Positions 36,874 to 49,401 of a stretch of DNA of 64,000 bases are shown here, in pieces (the stretch's first letter is position 1; each line of letters begins with the position of its first letter). Position numbers and translations under genes: made by a program. The notes beneath the pieces are model-generated. The model did no database searches, was not told where the DNA came from, and was given only the letters and a program-made list of their open reading frames with translations. The stretch is from Pelomyxa schiedti. Taxonomy: Eukaryota; Protista; Evosea. Location of the stretch: assembly GCA_020536535.1 (NCBI GenBank), contig JAHLWZ010000834.1, positions 1 to 64,000 on the forward strand, in the 5' to 3' direction.

Positions 36874-38221
36874 ATGCATTGTGCCACGCAAGCGGAGACT
36901 TATGGTGTTTCCATCACATTTGGGGCGTTGTCGGCCTTAGCTTGCATCGTTGTTTTCGTGACTTATTTCATGTTCCCGGTGGGTTCTTTCTTATTATGTA
37001 TTAAATTTATTGGCCCATCTCTCACGGTCCTGTTTTTATTTTCGCCAGGAAACGCGAACTAAGGCAAGGTTTCTTGTTTTGATGCTTTCTATTTGCGATT
37101 TTGGCCAGGTAACTTTTTTTACTTTCCTCCGTCCACACCAATTTCAACCAAGAAAATTTCGTTTTAGCAACTTCTTGCAATCCTTCACATAGGCTATTTT
37201 CTTTTGTATTGCAGGTGACTTTGAAGGCACGGGGTGCAGAATTCTTGGAGCACTTGGTTCTTCACTTGTGTTACTTTTTGCAACAAATAACTAGCATTAG
37301 GATTGTTTTTCGCAAATTGCACCTTCATATGGACCGTAATACCAAACATTCTTTGTTGGTATTGAGTCTCACATGACACAGGCTTGCATTTCTGTTTTTG
37401 TATTCGTCAGCATACGTACCACGGAAAAACGTCTGAACGACAATTCTGTGGCAAAAATTAATCGGAGTAAGTTCATTGTGTTGTCAGAAGTGCTAGGATG
37501 GGGCGTCCCAGCAATACTCAGCTTAACAGTTCTCTTTGCTGGTAAGACTGAAACTGATCCCGAGGGATTTTGGTGCTTTATAAAGTAGTTTGTAACTTCT
37601 TCTTTTTTTTTTACTTACTTCTGCAGTTCGGAATTTTTTCTTTGGCGCCTGTTCAGCCTTATTGTCCCATTACTTGTTTGTTGGGCAATCACTGTAGTTA
37701 TGTACTCATTGGCCAATATTTATGTTGTCCGCGTTAAAAGGTTACTCAAGTTGCAGCAGGTTACTCACTACAGTTGCCGGGGAATCTATCTAAGAGTTTT
37801 ACAATAGGTGAAGCACGGAGCGGAGCTCAAAAAAGTTCACAACCAAAAAACTTGGGCTTGGCAGCTGCGACTTCTTTTGATTCCCATAGTTTTCTTCATT
37901 TTGCGTATCTGGGATGTTATTTATCGCTTGTGGGAAATCATTTGTGAGATCACTGGGGATGATGTGCCAACCTTCTTCTGCACACCAGTTTATGTTGCAC
38001 TTGTCATTATTGGCGATGCCTCTCAAGGCTTGGTCAATTGCATTATCTTTGTGCTACTTGAACCCGAGGTTCGAGTAAAGTGGCTGCACTTTTTCCGAAG
38101 TATCAAAAGCTCAGGTGCCTCAACCTCATCACACAGACAGTCAACTATCATTGAACTGCAAGCACCACTAATACCCGATTTGCACGAGTCTGACGGCGTC
38201 ATGATGCAACAGGACGCTTGA
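36874..38221 (+). CDS. 7TM GPCR, cAMP-receptor-like (CAR/Crl/GCR1 type)
   Basis: Seven hydrophobic segments; LSICDF, CTFIWTACIS, GWGVP, FWCFI, SQGLVNCIIF. Confidence 0.82.
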
Positions 38222-38369
38222 CACTTATTGTATATACTTCCCATACAATGTGTACACAGACTACAGATAGCATCTACCAGCAGAAAAATAAATTGCCTTT
38301 ATTTTTTTACTGTTGTTTTTCCTCAGGTTCGTCTCGCTGTTGCTCCAAAGGTCATTCCCGGAAGTTGAA

Positions 38370-41300
38370 ATGACGCAGGCGAGTACGACATACCTACGCA
38401 GGGTGCGTGTGCTGCTATGCTTGTTGTTATGTGGGTCTGTGACCGCAATTATGGGTAGCTCCGACGATGTCAGTGTAGAGTTGGCGGTTATGCCGTCCGC
38501 GGTAGTGAGTGTGGGGCAGCAGGGTGTTGTTTTGGTTGTCACCGCCAGTGGGATTATGGGTTCTTCAGGATTCACATTCGAGTTTGTCAAGAACGGCACT
38601 TCCTTTTGCACTTCTGATGACGTGTCCAGGCAAAGAGTGTATGAGACAAACTCACGTTTTAAAATTTTCACCCCTAATCAAATCTAGGAAGTTTGTGGAT
38701 TATAGAACCCAGTACTTGTTTAGGTGGCCTGATGACATGCCTAGAACAACAAGTGATGCTTATACAGGATATTGTCCACAATCCATTGTTCACAAAGGGT
38801 CATCAAGGATCACTGTGCGGCATGTTGATGGGGCTTCAAATGCAACCTTGGCATTCTCCTGTGTAATGCGATCAGATAGTGGCAGCTATACTGCTGCATT
38901 GAGAGATTCTGCTGGCCAAATTGTGGCTACTTCCAATGCAATTGATTTAGAGGTATCTGGACAGCCAAAACAGATGTTAGTGTCTGTTGGCTCCAAAGTA
39001 TACAGCACTGGCGAGGAATACTCACTTGAAAACCAACAATTTATGGTGTTTCAGCAGCCACCATTTTTTGTCCTTGCAAATTTCAGTGGGGGAACCTATG
39101 TACAAGTGGCTTTGGACATAACAAAACTTGATATCTATGCAATAAATCAAGCAAACGACTCTGTTGGCTGGGTCTACCCTCTCTCTGAGGAGACCCTTGA
39201 TGTAAAGTCTGTTCTTCAAAACTATATTGAAAATAATGACATTTCCACCCCACAAAAATAGGAATACAACCGCAATTGCTAACATGATGATAATTGGAAA
39301 GCAAGGTGACTATAGATTAGGATTTGTGATGACGGATACTTGTGCGGCAACGGTTTCAGCTTTTTTCTCTGGTCACTTTTCCTAAACCTCTCCAGGAGGC
39401 ATCCACTGTCTTCCACCATGAGTATTACAAAAATCCTTTTGTGCCTGTGCTGATCGTTGCTTCTGTCTTATTAGGCATTTTCGTGACTATTGCCGTTACA
39501 CACTGTTTTGTAATGAACATGAAATCTAAAGATGTGAGAAGCCTAGTCCTATTCCCATGATTAAAATGCCATTCCAGAGAGTTGGCATCAAAAAATTTTG
39601 CCATGAAGCATTCGACTTCTTTATAAAAATGAGTTTGGAAGATGTAACTTGTTCCCACATTGTTCTATATTAAATTTCCCCAGGTGGCCAGGAAGTCTGG
39701 CACAGAGGCAGCAGCTTATCTGATACTATCTAAGTTCAGTATATATCTTGTGTCCGTTCTGACGGTTCTGTCATTCGCAGTTGTTCTACCAGTGCGCTAT
39801 CCACATATCCAATTTTAAACCTGGAGTTTTAACTCCATTGTGTCATTCAGATTTACTTGCTAAGTGATCGTGTAGACAATCCACTTATTAAATTTACTTA
39901 TTTCAACCTGAATACTGACAATCGGATGTAGTTCTTTTCCTTTCTCTATTTGTTTTTGAAAATTATTCCACAGATGGATCATATGGGCAGTGGCTGTTAT
40001 CGTTTGCTTGGCAGCCATAATTAATGTTCTTTTTGCAGAACGGCACGTAAAAATCTGGCTGAAAACGTAGTTCTTTAATCTGCATCATTGTATTCTAACC
40101 CCTCCCAGGTTTGAAATGTCCAATCCTGCTATTTACCATGGTCCTGCCAATTTACATACTATCTGGCTTAAAGGAATTGAAACGGGAACCAGAGAAGAAA
40201 AGCTCCAAGAATTTTTTGAAGCCAAGTAAGCCATTCGTGCAACTGAATTGCCAATCATTGATTGAATAGATACCCTGGGGAGGTTTTACAGGTTTCCATT
40301 CTTCCTAGGATGGATAGAATATTAAATGCCGAGCAGTCACTGAATAAGCTCACTCTGTACATATTATAAGTAAGACTTGAACTAAAAAAAGAAGTAAAAA
40401 GCGAACACCAAAGATTGAACAGCAGCTTAATGAGAAGCACAAAGAACTTGAATCTTTGCTAAGTGAACGTCCTGATAATACTAGGATTGCTCTTATTGTT
40501 TTTAAATCGACAATAACAGCCCAGCATGCCCTGGAATCACTGCACAACTCCCGCTTAAGTGCAGTAAGTCATCCATCCAAATATATTCCTCCTGAATTGG
40601 CAACAATAGCTGCGGGCACATGCACCATATGTAGAACATGCACCTATGCCAGAAGAAATATTTTGGAAGAACCTTCATATTCCAGCATATAAACGTGTTA
40701 TAAGAGTTCTGCTTTTATTGGGTATGAAACTGGTGGTTGCTGCGCTCTTCTATATTGCTGTTTCAGCCCTTTGGGGTGTACAACTTTTCTGGGTAATGCT
40801 ATAGTTCTCAATTGTCTTTTTGTTGTATGTAACTCTCAATAGCATTATTGGGTTCCTAGCTATGGAGTGCAGTTTAAAGAGATGGCCACAACACTGTTTT
40901 TCGTGTCCCTCATTTTCTTGGTTGTTGCCGCCAATGTAATTCTGCCTCCGATTTTCGGAAAAATTACAGAAAGATATGGCCACCACACAAAGTATTCACT
41001 TCTTTCTCTCAAACTCGAAGTAAGAGAAATACAGAGTTGCCTTTGATATGAGCGTTACACTAACAACATACGTTCTGGTAATGGTACCTCTCACTGAGAT
41101 CCGTTACATTATTGTAGCCCCTTATCAGGAGGTCAATCCCTTTTTCCTCTGTTTCGGACTCATTGTGATAAAAGATGTTTGCAGCTGTGATGGACAAATC
41201 TCAGGCAGATGAGCTTTTTATCTGGTTTACAACTGTTTTATATTTAACTTTCTTTATTGCCGTATGTTTACTCTTTGATCTGTGAAATCTTACATTACAG

Positions 41301-42029
41301 TCTGCAATAGTGCAACCTGCAATGAACTTCTTTGCAGGCGAGATGCCCAGGCAGAAAAGCGAATTTAAATTTGTTCAACAATGTATTGCGGCTCTTTATT
41401 TGACAGAGTTTTCTAAAAACCCTAGATTGTACACAGCTAATACTCATTTCACTTGCTATGCAGTCTGTAATATATATACCTCTCGCAGTTCCCATTCCCC
41501 TGGCATTCTTTTTCTTAAAGGTTGGTCAGTTGTGACTACCCACATAATGGCTAAAACAAGCTCCTAAGTATTACGTCGATAAATACAATTTGTATTATAA
41601 ATCCAAACCAGTCCCACCAAGAGGTCATATGACTATGTTCAGGTTTTATACCATATCCTGCACCATCCCTTAATTTTTTTATATCCTCACATTCCACCCA
41701 GAACTGCTGATTCACTGTTCTTTATATCATTAATTAATGCCTGGATGGGCCCACTATATCTATGCCGCTACACCCCCATCTCGTTCCGGGTTACAGTAAT
41801 CATCACAGCCTCACTTATAGTACTTGTGGGAATACTCCTTGCTCTGCTCAGAATGGGTGTTTTTTGGTGCCACTGTGGGCGGTGTCATGGACCAATTTCC
41901 CGGTTGCTTCTGCCTGAAGGTGACTACAGAGATTGTACTGAGGATGTCCTTGTTAAAGCCTATCTGCCTCCATTTCCAAAAATACAATCACAGGCTCCCG
42001 CTACGGAGCTGGACCCCCTAATGCTATGA
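38370..42029 (+). CDS. OSCA/TMEM63 (CSC1) family channel with N-terminal signal peptide and Ig-like ectodomain
   Basis: GTEAAAYL...VVLP; TIWLKGI...LQEFFEAKYPGEV; ALIVFKS; APMPEEIFWKNL; YYVDKYNL. N-terminal Ig-like motif ATLAFSCVMRSDSGSYTA. Confidence 0.8.
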
Positions 42030-42110
42030 AATTTGAAAGCAAAAGACGAGTGATTTGGAAAAAGCACAGCTTTTCTTTTTTTTTTTTTTTTTGTATTGAC
42101 TGGAAAGTCA

Positions 42111-44113
42111 CTAATGAACACTGCTGGCTCTGTATTCTGCAATTAAATTGTTCACTTGGTAGGACAATGTTTCAAAATCAGAGAGTTCCAGGTATCTTCG
42201 TGTGTTGGAAACAAGCAACTTGGGGAAAATGGTACATGGAAGCAGATATTCTTGTCCATATGGTTCCATCTGGGAGTTGATAAATATACATCACTTTGTT
42301 GTACCTAGACAGAAGAGTGTCCTGAAATAGAGTGTGGTCAGGGGGAACATTTGGCAATTAAATTGGGAATTTGTAAGTGGCCCACATGAACCCAGTTGGC
42401 AAGCTCCCAGTCATCTTCAGGGAACTTAACATCAGCCATTGCTGATGCAACTTCGGGTGGTCCTGAAATAACAGTTCCCCAGGTTGATGACAGGAATTCT
42501 GCCGCGGCCCACGCCAGGTTTATATTGTAGTCCTTGATGGCTTTATCTCCACCAACATAATCCCGCCAGGTAAATACATCGACCATTGTTGAAAAAGGGC
42601 AGTAGTCGCGAGTGCCGGTGTAACTTGGTATTGGTTGTTCATTTCCCAATTTGAAAGAGGGCGTACGAGAAGCGATCTGGAAATGCATTGACATACTCGG
42701 AAATGATGGGAGGCATTGGATTCGACTTGGTTTGCAGTGAGTTTCTTGCATATAAGAATCCGGTTCCTTTGGGTGCAAAAAACCACCTATTGATTCTTCT
42801 TACACTCAGTAGGATTCAAGGGTTGAATGACACTTGTATGCAGTAGCGACATAGTAATCGGGATCTATAGCTGTAATATTGATGTCTATATTTCCCATTG
42901 CCTGAGATCCATCAACAGCAACGGTAATTCCGTAGGAGTGTGCCATTGCTACAAGTTCTGTGACGGGGAGGACAGTAGATGGAGCCGCCTCAACGTCTGT
43001 ACTTTGTGTTAGGTGTTTTTTCTTCATATACATGATATACCATACGTGAGAAAATAGCGAATTTAATGGGACTGGCAATATTCGCCTCAATGAAACTGCG
43101 AACAGCATCCACAATTTGTGTGGTAGAGTTCAAGGGATATGTAAACGGTGGGACAACAAGAACCTCAATTCCTGTGTGTGTTCAAAACAAAGGTGAGAAG
43201 TACAAGACAACCTTCGACCTCAGTTAGATAGTCGAGTATTTTTTTCACCATTGGGTAGGCACTATCCAGTACCAAAATTCGATCTCCAGGCGAAAATATC
43301 TGGGATCTCAGCACTGAGTTCATTCCCCCGCTTCCGTTTTCAACCATAACGATATCACTCTCATTGGCACTGACATAAATCGCAATGGCTGCTCGGCTCT
43401 GCAACAAGTAGCCGTGATATCCTTCAATGAAATTGAACCATATTTCCACCCTCTGCTCTGCCAACTGCTCAAATCTATTGCGATAAAGTTCAAGTCAGGA
43501 CAGTGTTCATTACTCAGTAAGAAAATACAAAGGGGCAGAGACAGAATACATACGAATGAAGCTTGTCAAGTATCTTAAGTGGAACAGCCCCAAAAGAACC
43601 CTGGTTCAAATTAACCCAATCCTCATCAAACCCAAACTCTGACCTGGAATGAATCACCCATTTTAACTCGAAAATAGCAACATTACATAGGTCATAAAAT
43701 CAAACCAACCTCATTGGGTGACCAAAAGCCGGGGACACCCCGTCGTCGCTGCTGCTGCCGCCCCCCACCAGCACCTCGAACATCACCCCCACCCCCACCA
43801 CCGCTCCAACCAGCACCACCACCCCGGCCACCAGCACCACGGCCCAGGCCGCCTTCCCTCTCCCCCTGCAGCCGACCCGCCGGGTGCCCCCAGGCTTCCC
43901 CTCACGCAGCCCCGTGGTCTCCTGCGCTCCTCCGCACTCCCCGCAGCCGGCAGGGGTGTCCCTGGCCCCCTCGTAACCAGCCAGCAGACCCACGCCTGCT
44001 GCCCCCTCCCCGGGCGCGATTGCGTCCATAGCCACAGGGGCGCAGGAGGAGGCCCCCTCGTAATCTCCCTCTCGCGCCCCCTCACCGTCTGCCGTGTGCT
44101 GCCCGAGATCCAT
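42111..44113 (-). CDS. PLP-dependent class-V aminotransferase-fold enzyme (L-cysteine desulfhydrase/Egt2/CefD-like), N-terminal TM anchor; paralog A
   Basis: LNQGSFGAVP, VENGSGGMN, FSHV, VDGSQAMG, TAYKWFFAPKG (PLP Lys), YTGTRDY, WTRISA. Confidence 0.88.
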
Positions 44114-44196
44114 CGGGCTCACGAATCGCGACTGCTTTGTTTGGTTTTCGACGGTTGGGCGGTTTTCTGCACCGAACCGGTTCGACCAGATACGAG
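44114..44196. promoter_or_regulatory. Putative bidirectional promoter (83 bp) with 12-bp palindrome CGAACCGGTTCG
   Basis: Lies between divergent ATGs at 44113 and 44197. The palindrome is at 44173-44184. Confidence 0.5.
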
Positions 44197-45935
44197 ATGG
44201 GTGGGTCGGGGCGCGCGTTTGCGTGCAGTGTGGGGGTGAGTGTTGGGGTGGTGGTTGCGATAACGGTCGGCGTCCTAGTGTGGATCTTGGTAACGACGGA
44301 CGACGACCAGTTTGGCCATGACATGTTGTATGTGGTCGGAGACTGTGTCTCTGAGGGTCGCTGGGATTGGATTTCGTTTATATGTAATCTCTAATATTGA
44401 CCGAAGGAAGGAATTTGGACTGGCGTCGAATTGGACGAGTATTAACAATGGTGGGTTTGGGTCAGTGCCTAACAAGGTCATGGATAAGCTGACTGAGTAC
44501 TGCGCATTCTCATTCTACACTATCCATTAATTGCAGAGCACCTCTAAAACAGACTGCGAAGAGAAGTAGAAAAATCTCCAGATATATGGTTTACCGAATC
44601 ATACAAGAACTTGGTTGATTCAGTAAGAGATAAGCTGGCAAAGATGGTCAATGCGTCAGATACATCAGAGCTTGTCCTCATTGAAAATGCCAGTACAGGA
44701 ATAAATGATGTTTTGAGAACCTTCCCCTACAGTGTTGGGGATAAGATTCTCATATTTGAAAGAGCATATCAGTCTGTTATTCAGACTCTCACGTACTTGA
44801 ATGACATCAAGCGTTTGTCCCCCTATTTCTGACTGTTTCATCCCTGAGATTCCTCCAAGAAATAGAGATTCTTAGAGTACCGAACTTCGTCTATCCTCTT
44901 CCATCCCAGCAGTATGTAGTCGATACAGTGGAAGCTTTTGTGGTCCAACACCTTCCAATCAGACTAGCTTCAATTTCGCGTGTGCATCTCTGTACAAAGA
45001 AAAATACTCATCTTGTAACAGATATCGAGTCAAGACCCTCAACCGTATTTCCTCTGCACCTGCTCATCCCAATGTTGCATAACTACAACATTACCGTAGT
45101 TATTGATGGCGCACATGCTCTTGGTAATATTCCAATTGATTTGCAGGCTCTGAAGCCAGACTATTACTTTTGCAATACCCACAAGTAAGAATGTATTCAG
45201 TGAGGAAGTTCTAGCTAATTAACGCCTTCAGGTGGCTTTTTTCTCCCAAGGGAACTGGGTTTTTGTGGGTCAAGCCAGGCATGCCAAGGGTTGTACCAAC
45301 AGTTATTTCAGCGACTTGGGGTAATAGTGATTGGACTGACGACTTTGTGTGGGCTCCTTGAATCCTTAGATCGTCCTAACCTTTTCCCATAGATATACAG
45401 GCACCAGAGATTACACCTCCTTTGCTGCCATTTTGGAAGCCATTTCATGGCGAGAATCAATCGGGGGGGAACAAGCAATAATGGATTACAACCGCAACCT
45501 TGCGTAATTCCTTCTTGTCTATGGAGACTACATTTAACGGGTTGCCACTACTGCTAGGTGGACAGCTGGTCAGTACCTTGCTGGGCTCTGGAACTCAACG
45601 GTCAGCATTCCTCAAGACATGGCTTCTGCAATGATTGATATTAAGCTCGTCAACAATGACCAAGGAGCGATGTACTACACCAGAGTATGTTACTTTCAAA
45701 GCACCAAACAGTTAAGATAATACAGACGGCCCTAATAAATCGCTATGGGGAATATCCCGCTTTCTATCCGATGGATGGCACAAACTGGATCAGGATATCG
45801 GCACAGATGTTCTAAACCCCTTCACTTTGGAATATGTTAATCATTTGTAGATTCTTGGAACTCTCTGACTTCCAAGTTCTCGGGGATAGAATAAACCAAC
45901 TCTATGACGAGTACTATGCACAATCGAACCTTTGA
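44197..45935 (+). CDS. PLP-dependent class-V aminotransferase-fold enzyme (L-cysteine desulfhydrase/Egt2/CefD-like), N-terminal TM anchor; paralog B
   Basis: INNGGFGSVP, IENASTGIN, ISHI, IDGAHALG, NTHKWLFSPKG, YTGTRDY, WIRISAQI; fully spliceable. Confidence 0.9.
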
Positions 45936-46176
45936 TACCTCCATTCTCCCTGTGTGTCCGTGTCGATGCAGGCAAATCAGTTTGAAGAAAAAATTAAGGC
46001 GAAGAATAGAATAGGGAACTGTTCTATTTGTCCACCACATATCCAGTACTCTGATAACTAAAACATTCGCCATATCTTCTTTTTATTATTTACGTACAAC
46101 AAAGGCCAGACCCATTCTCGTCAGAATTATCCTTGACTGTACAAAAATGGACTGCTGTTTGATCTCAGATCGGATT

Positions 46177-47366
46177 CTAGAAGCACTTGCGGTGTACAAC
46201 GGTTGGCCCAGATTCGTCGTACTCCTCCTTGTTGATCCACATCTGCTGGAATGAGCTCACAGATACAAGGATTGATCCTCCAATCCAGGCAAGGTACTGG
46301 CTCTCACGCCGCGCAATGACGCGGACTTTTGTGTTTGCGGGGGCAAGTTGTGCCATCTCCTTCCGCAACCTCTCAGCAATGCCCGGGAACTTACACGTGC
46401 CTCCAGAAAGCACAATGTTGTTGTAGAGCTCTTCATGGATACCGGGGTCACACTTTGTGAGGGATTCGTAGCATGCGTCATGGATTCCGGGAGCATCCAG
46501 ACCACTGAGGTATGGTTGGAAGAGTACCTCCGCGCACCTGAACCTCTCGCTGCCGATTGTGACGTTACTCCCATCAGGAAGTCTGTAGCTCTTTTCAAGG
46601 GACGAGGTCTCGGCGGCGGTCTTCATCTCAGCTTCAAAGTCAAAGGCAACGTATGCAAGGCGTTCCTTGATTGCACATACAGCCTCCCGTTCGGTTTTGG
46701 TTGTCATCAAAGAGTATCCGCGCTCAGTTAAAATTGTCATCATGTGGTCAGTGAGGTCCCTGCCGGCAAAGTTCAGCCTGCGAATGGTGTTCGGGAGTGC
46801 GTAGCCTTCATATACCGGTACAGCGTGAGTTAGACCATAGCCACTATCCACGACAATTCCCGAAGTTCTTTCTGAGCCGTAGAGAGACAGGACTGCAGGG
46901 TTGGCGACGAACATTCCCGGGGTGTTGAATGTCTCGAACATGATCTGTGTCATTTTCTCGCGGTCGGGCCTGCAAGGGAGCGGAGAATCAGTGAGCAGGA
47001 CTGGGTACTCCTCTGGTTCAACCCCCAACACCTTTTCGAAGGTGTGGTGCCATATTTTCTCCATGTTGTCCCAGTTGACGACGGTGCCGCGATCGATTGG
47101 GTACGTCGACTTCATCATCAACCCGGCCGTAGCGACTTCGTCACCCACGTACGTCTCCTGCCCAGGAATTCCTCCGAGGGGACGCCCAACGATTGTCTGC
47201 CGTTTCAGTTTGTAAGGTCAGTGGAAAACAAAAGTACTATTAAAGAGGAAAGGTAGGAACGCACGGGGAAAATGGAGCGAGGGGCGTCGTCGCCACCGAA
47301 TCCGGCCTTGAAACTGCCTGAGCCATTGTCAAAAACGAGCGCCGGCACTACTTCTGCTTCCGTCAT
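46177..47366 (-). CDS. Divergent actin
   Basis: [50 protein letters not shown]; one intron. Confidence 0.95.
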
Positions 47367-47592
47367 CGCAAAGTTCTTTCGTGGTTGTTGCGCCAACCAC
47401 CCTTAAAAGCAGCTACATCCAACTTGTTGGGGTCGTGCTTCCCAACTTGTTTGATCGTCTTTTTTTAACAACACCCAATTGATCGGTCTTTCGTCGGAAA
47501 TCATCAAAGCACAAACTTTCCCTTTTGTTTCAAACATACAATACAAGCTTCAGTGTTACAACTGCGAGGGAGAAGGTACCGACCTCCACCTC

Positions 47593-49328
47593 CTACAACA
47601 ACAGCGGGTCATCGTCCTGCACCTCAAAAGGGAACTGGAGCGTCCTGAAGTCCAAGAGGCAGCGAGCAATCTCAGTGAGGCAGAACCCGTTGAGCAGGGC
47701 AGCGGCGCGGCATCGCGCGCCTGCTCGTGGCAAGCTGCACGCCATGAACGCGGCAGCGGAGCCCCGCCAGTCGAACGACTGGTAGCACAGCCGAGCCAGC
47801 GACTCCACGAACTTGGAGATGATCTCCCCGCGGCAGTCCACGATCTGCAGGCTGGTTCCTTTGCCTGTGCCTGTGCCTGTGCCTGTGACTCTGCTTTTGC
47901 CTTTGCCTTTTCCGGTGCCTTTGCCTGTGGCAGTTGCAGTTGCAGTTGGAGTGTCTGCGGTCCTCCTGATGCACACGGGGGCGCACCACATGCCCACATC
48001 CTTGGGGTGCTTCCTCACGGGGCCGTGGTACACTTCGTACAGCCCCTCGCAGTATTGCAGCTGTATCACCACTGTGTGGTGTGCTGGCTCTGTGATGGTG
48101 TGCCGGCCAATGGGGATGGACACTTTCTTCTTTGCGTGTTTGCAAGCCAGCAGGACGTCAGACATCAGGTACGCTGTTTATTTCCGAGACTCGTACTTGG
48201 GCAGGATGGCCGGCAGTTCCCTTGAGGATTTATGTTGGTTGTTTTTGTTAGGTTTTTGATGTTTGTTGTGTTGGGGAGTGGATGCCACGTACATTATGAG
48301 TTGCCTTTTTGGGGGCCATACACCTTTATAATGGACAAGTTTTGGTGCCAACTGAAGGGCCTCTCGTATTCGTTCTTGAGTTTGCAGTGCCTTATTGACA
48401 ACTGCCTCACGTTAAGTAATTTTATTGTTTGGTGAGTTCACATACAGTCTGCCAGTTCCCTCAATGCGGTGATTATGGTATCAATCTCAGGGCAGGGAAC
48501 GCCAATATTTCTTTTCATATCCTGTTTGAATTAATAGTTTTGAATGTCACAAGGAAAACTGGCCTGGAATAGAAGCATATACCTTGGAATTCTACAAACT
48601 TGTGCTTTAAGCAGGGTCTCGAGATTTAGACCCTCCATTGTAGCACTGAAGTCCAAATCCTGGGAAAATAAGTCAAAGCGTTCACCTTACTTCAAAGTAC
48701 CTTCAAGAATTTCGCCCAGGTTGGGTTCTTTGCCTTTAGCGTAGCAAGAATGTTGTATCCACAGGCATAGGACTCCCCAACCATCAGATACACGTTATAA
48801 AGATCCGCTGTTTTCTTTGGAAATTAGCATATTTGCCAAGAGAAAAGAGAAAGGAACCATCCACTGTATAAACACTGCCAAAAGGTCAGGAATTAGTGTT
48901 TCCTCTGGTATTCCATAAAACTGCTCAGACAACCTATTTTTACCAGGTTCTCAGAACTGTGTAGGGAAAAAAAAAGAAAAGAAATGACACCGTCCATGGG
49001 CCTCTTGAAGCGCTTCCATTGACTTGAAAATAGTCGTGAATTGGGAAGGTGTCATCGCCAGTTTGGCTTCGGCAATGTACAGCCTGTGTTTCGACAACGT
49101 CGTCACGAAGCTGGCCTCGGTCGTTACTATCTCCCGGGCCACCAGTTTGGCCCTGTGCCCGTAATCGGGTTTGGGTGCAGCCTTTGGTGGTGGGGGTATG
49201 CGTGGAGGCGGTATAAACGTTTCATCGAAGGCTGGTGGTGGTATGTATGTATCATCGAAGGGTGGCGCGTCGTAGCTCGGGGGCGGGATTGGTGACTGCG
49301 ACGTTATCGGGTTATCAACAGCACTCAT
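47593..49328 (-). CDS. RhoGEF (DH-PH) protein, with a possible in-frame stop in the PH region
   Basis: RAKLVAREIVTTEASFV, CRIPRYMLLFQ, ADFVNK, PH-like YLMSDVLLACK. Confidence 0.75.
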
Positions 49329-49401
49329 AGTACAAAACGCCCAACCGATTTTTTTCCTTTTTGGGGTACCACAAGACCTTCAAAGAGAAAAACATGTTTC
49401 T

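Noticed and set aside
42111-45935. Calling the PLP pair NifS/SufS Fe-S cysteine desulfurases
   Set aside because: No catalytic Cys loop is evident. The GxFG, YTGTRDY and RISA motifs fit the LCD/Egt2/CefD group.
48178-48180. Alternative genetic code
   Set aside because: TAA, TAG and TGA all end genes at plausible C-termini in this window (purA TAA, actin TAG, importin-5 TGA).
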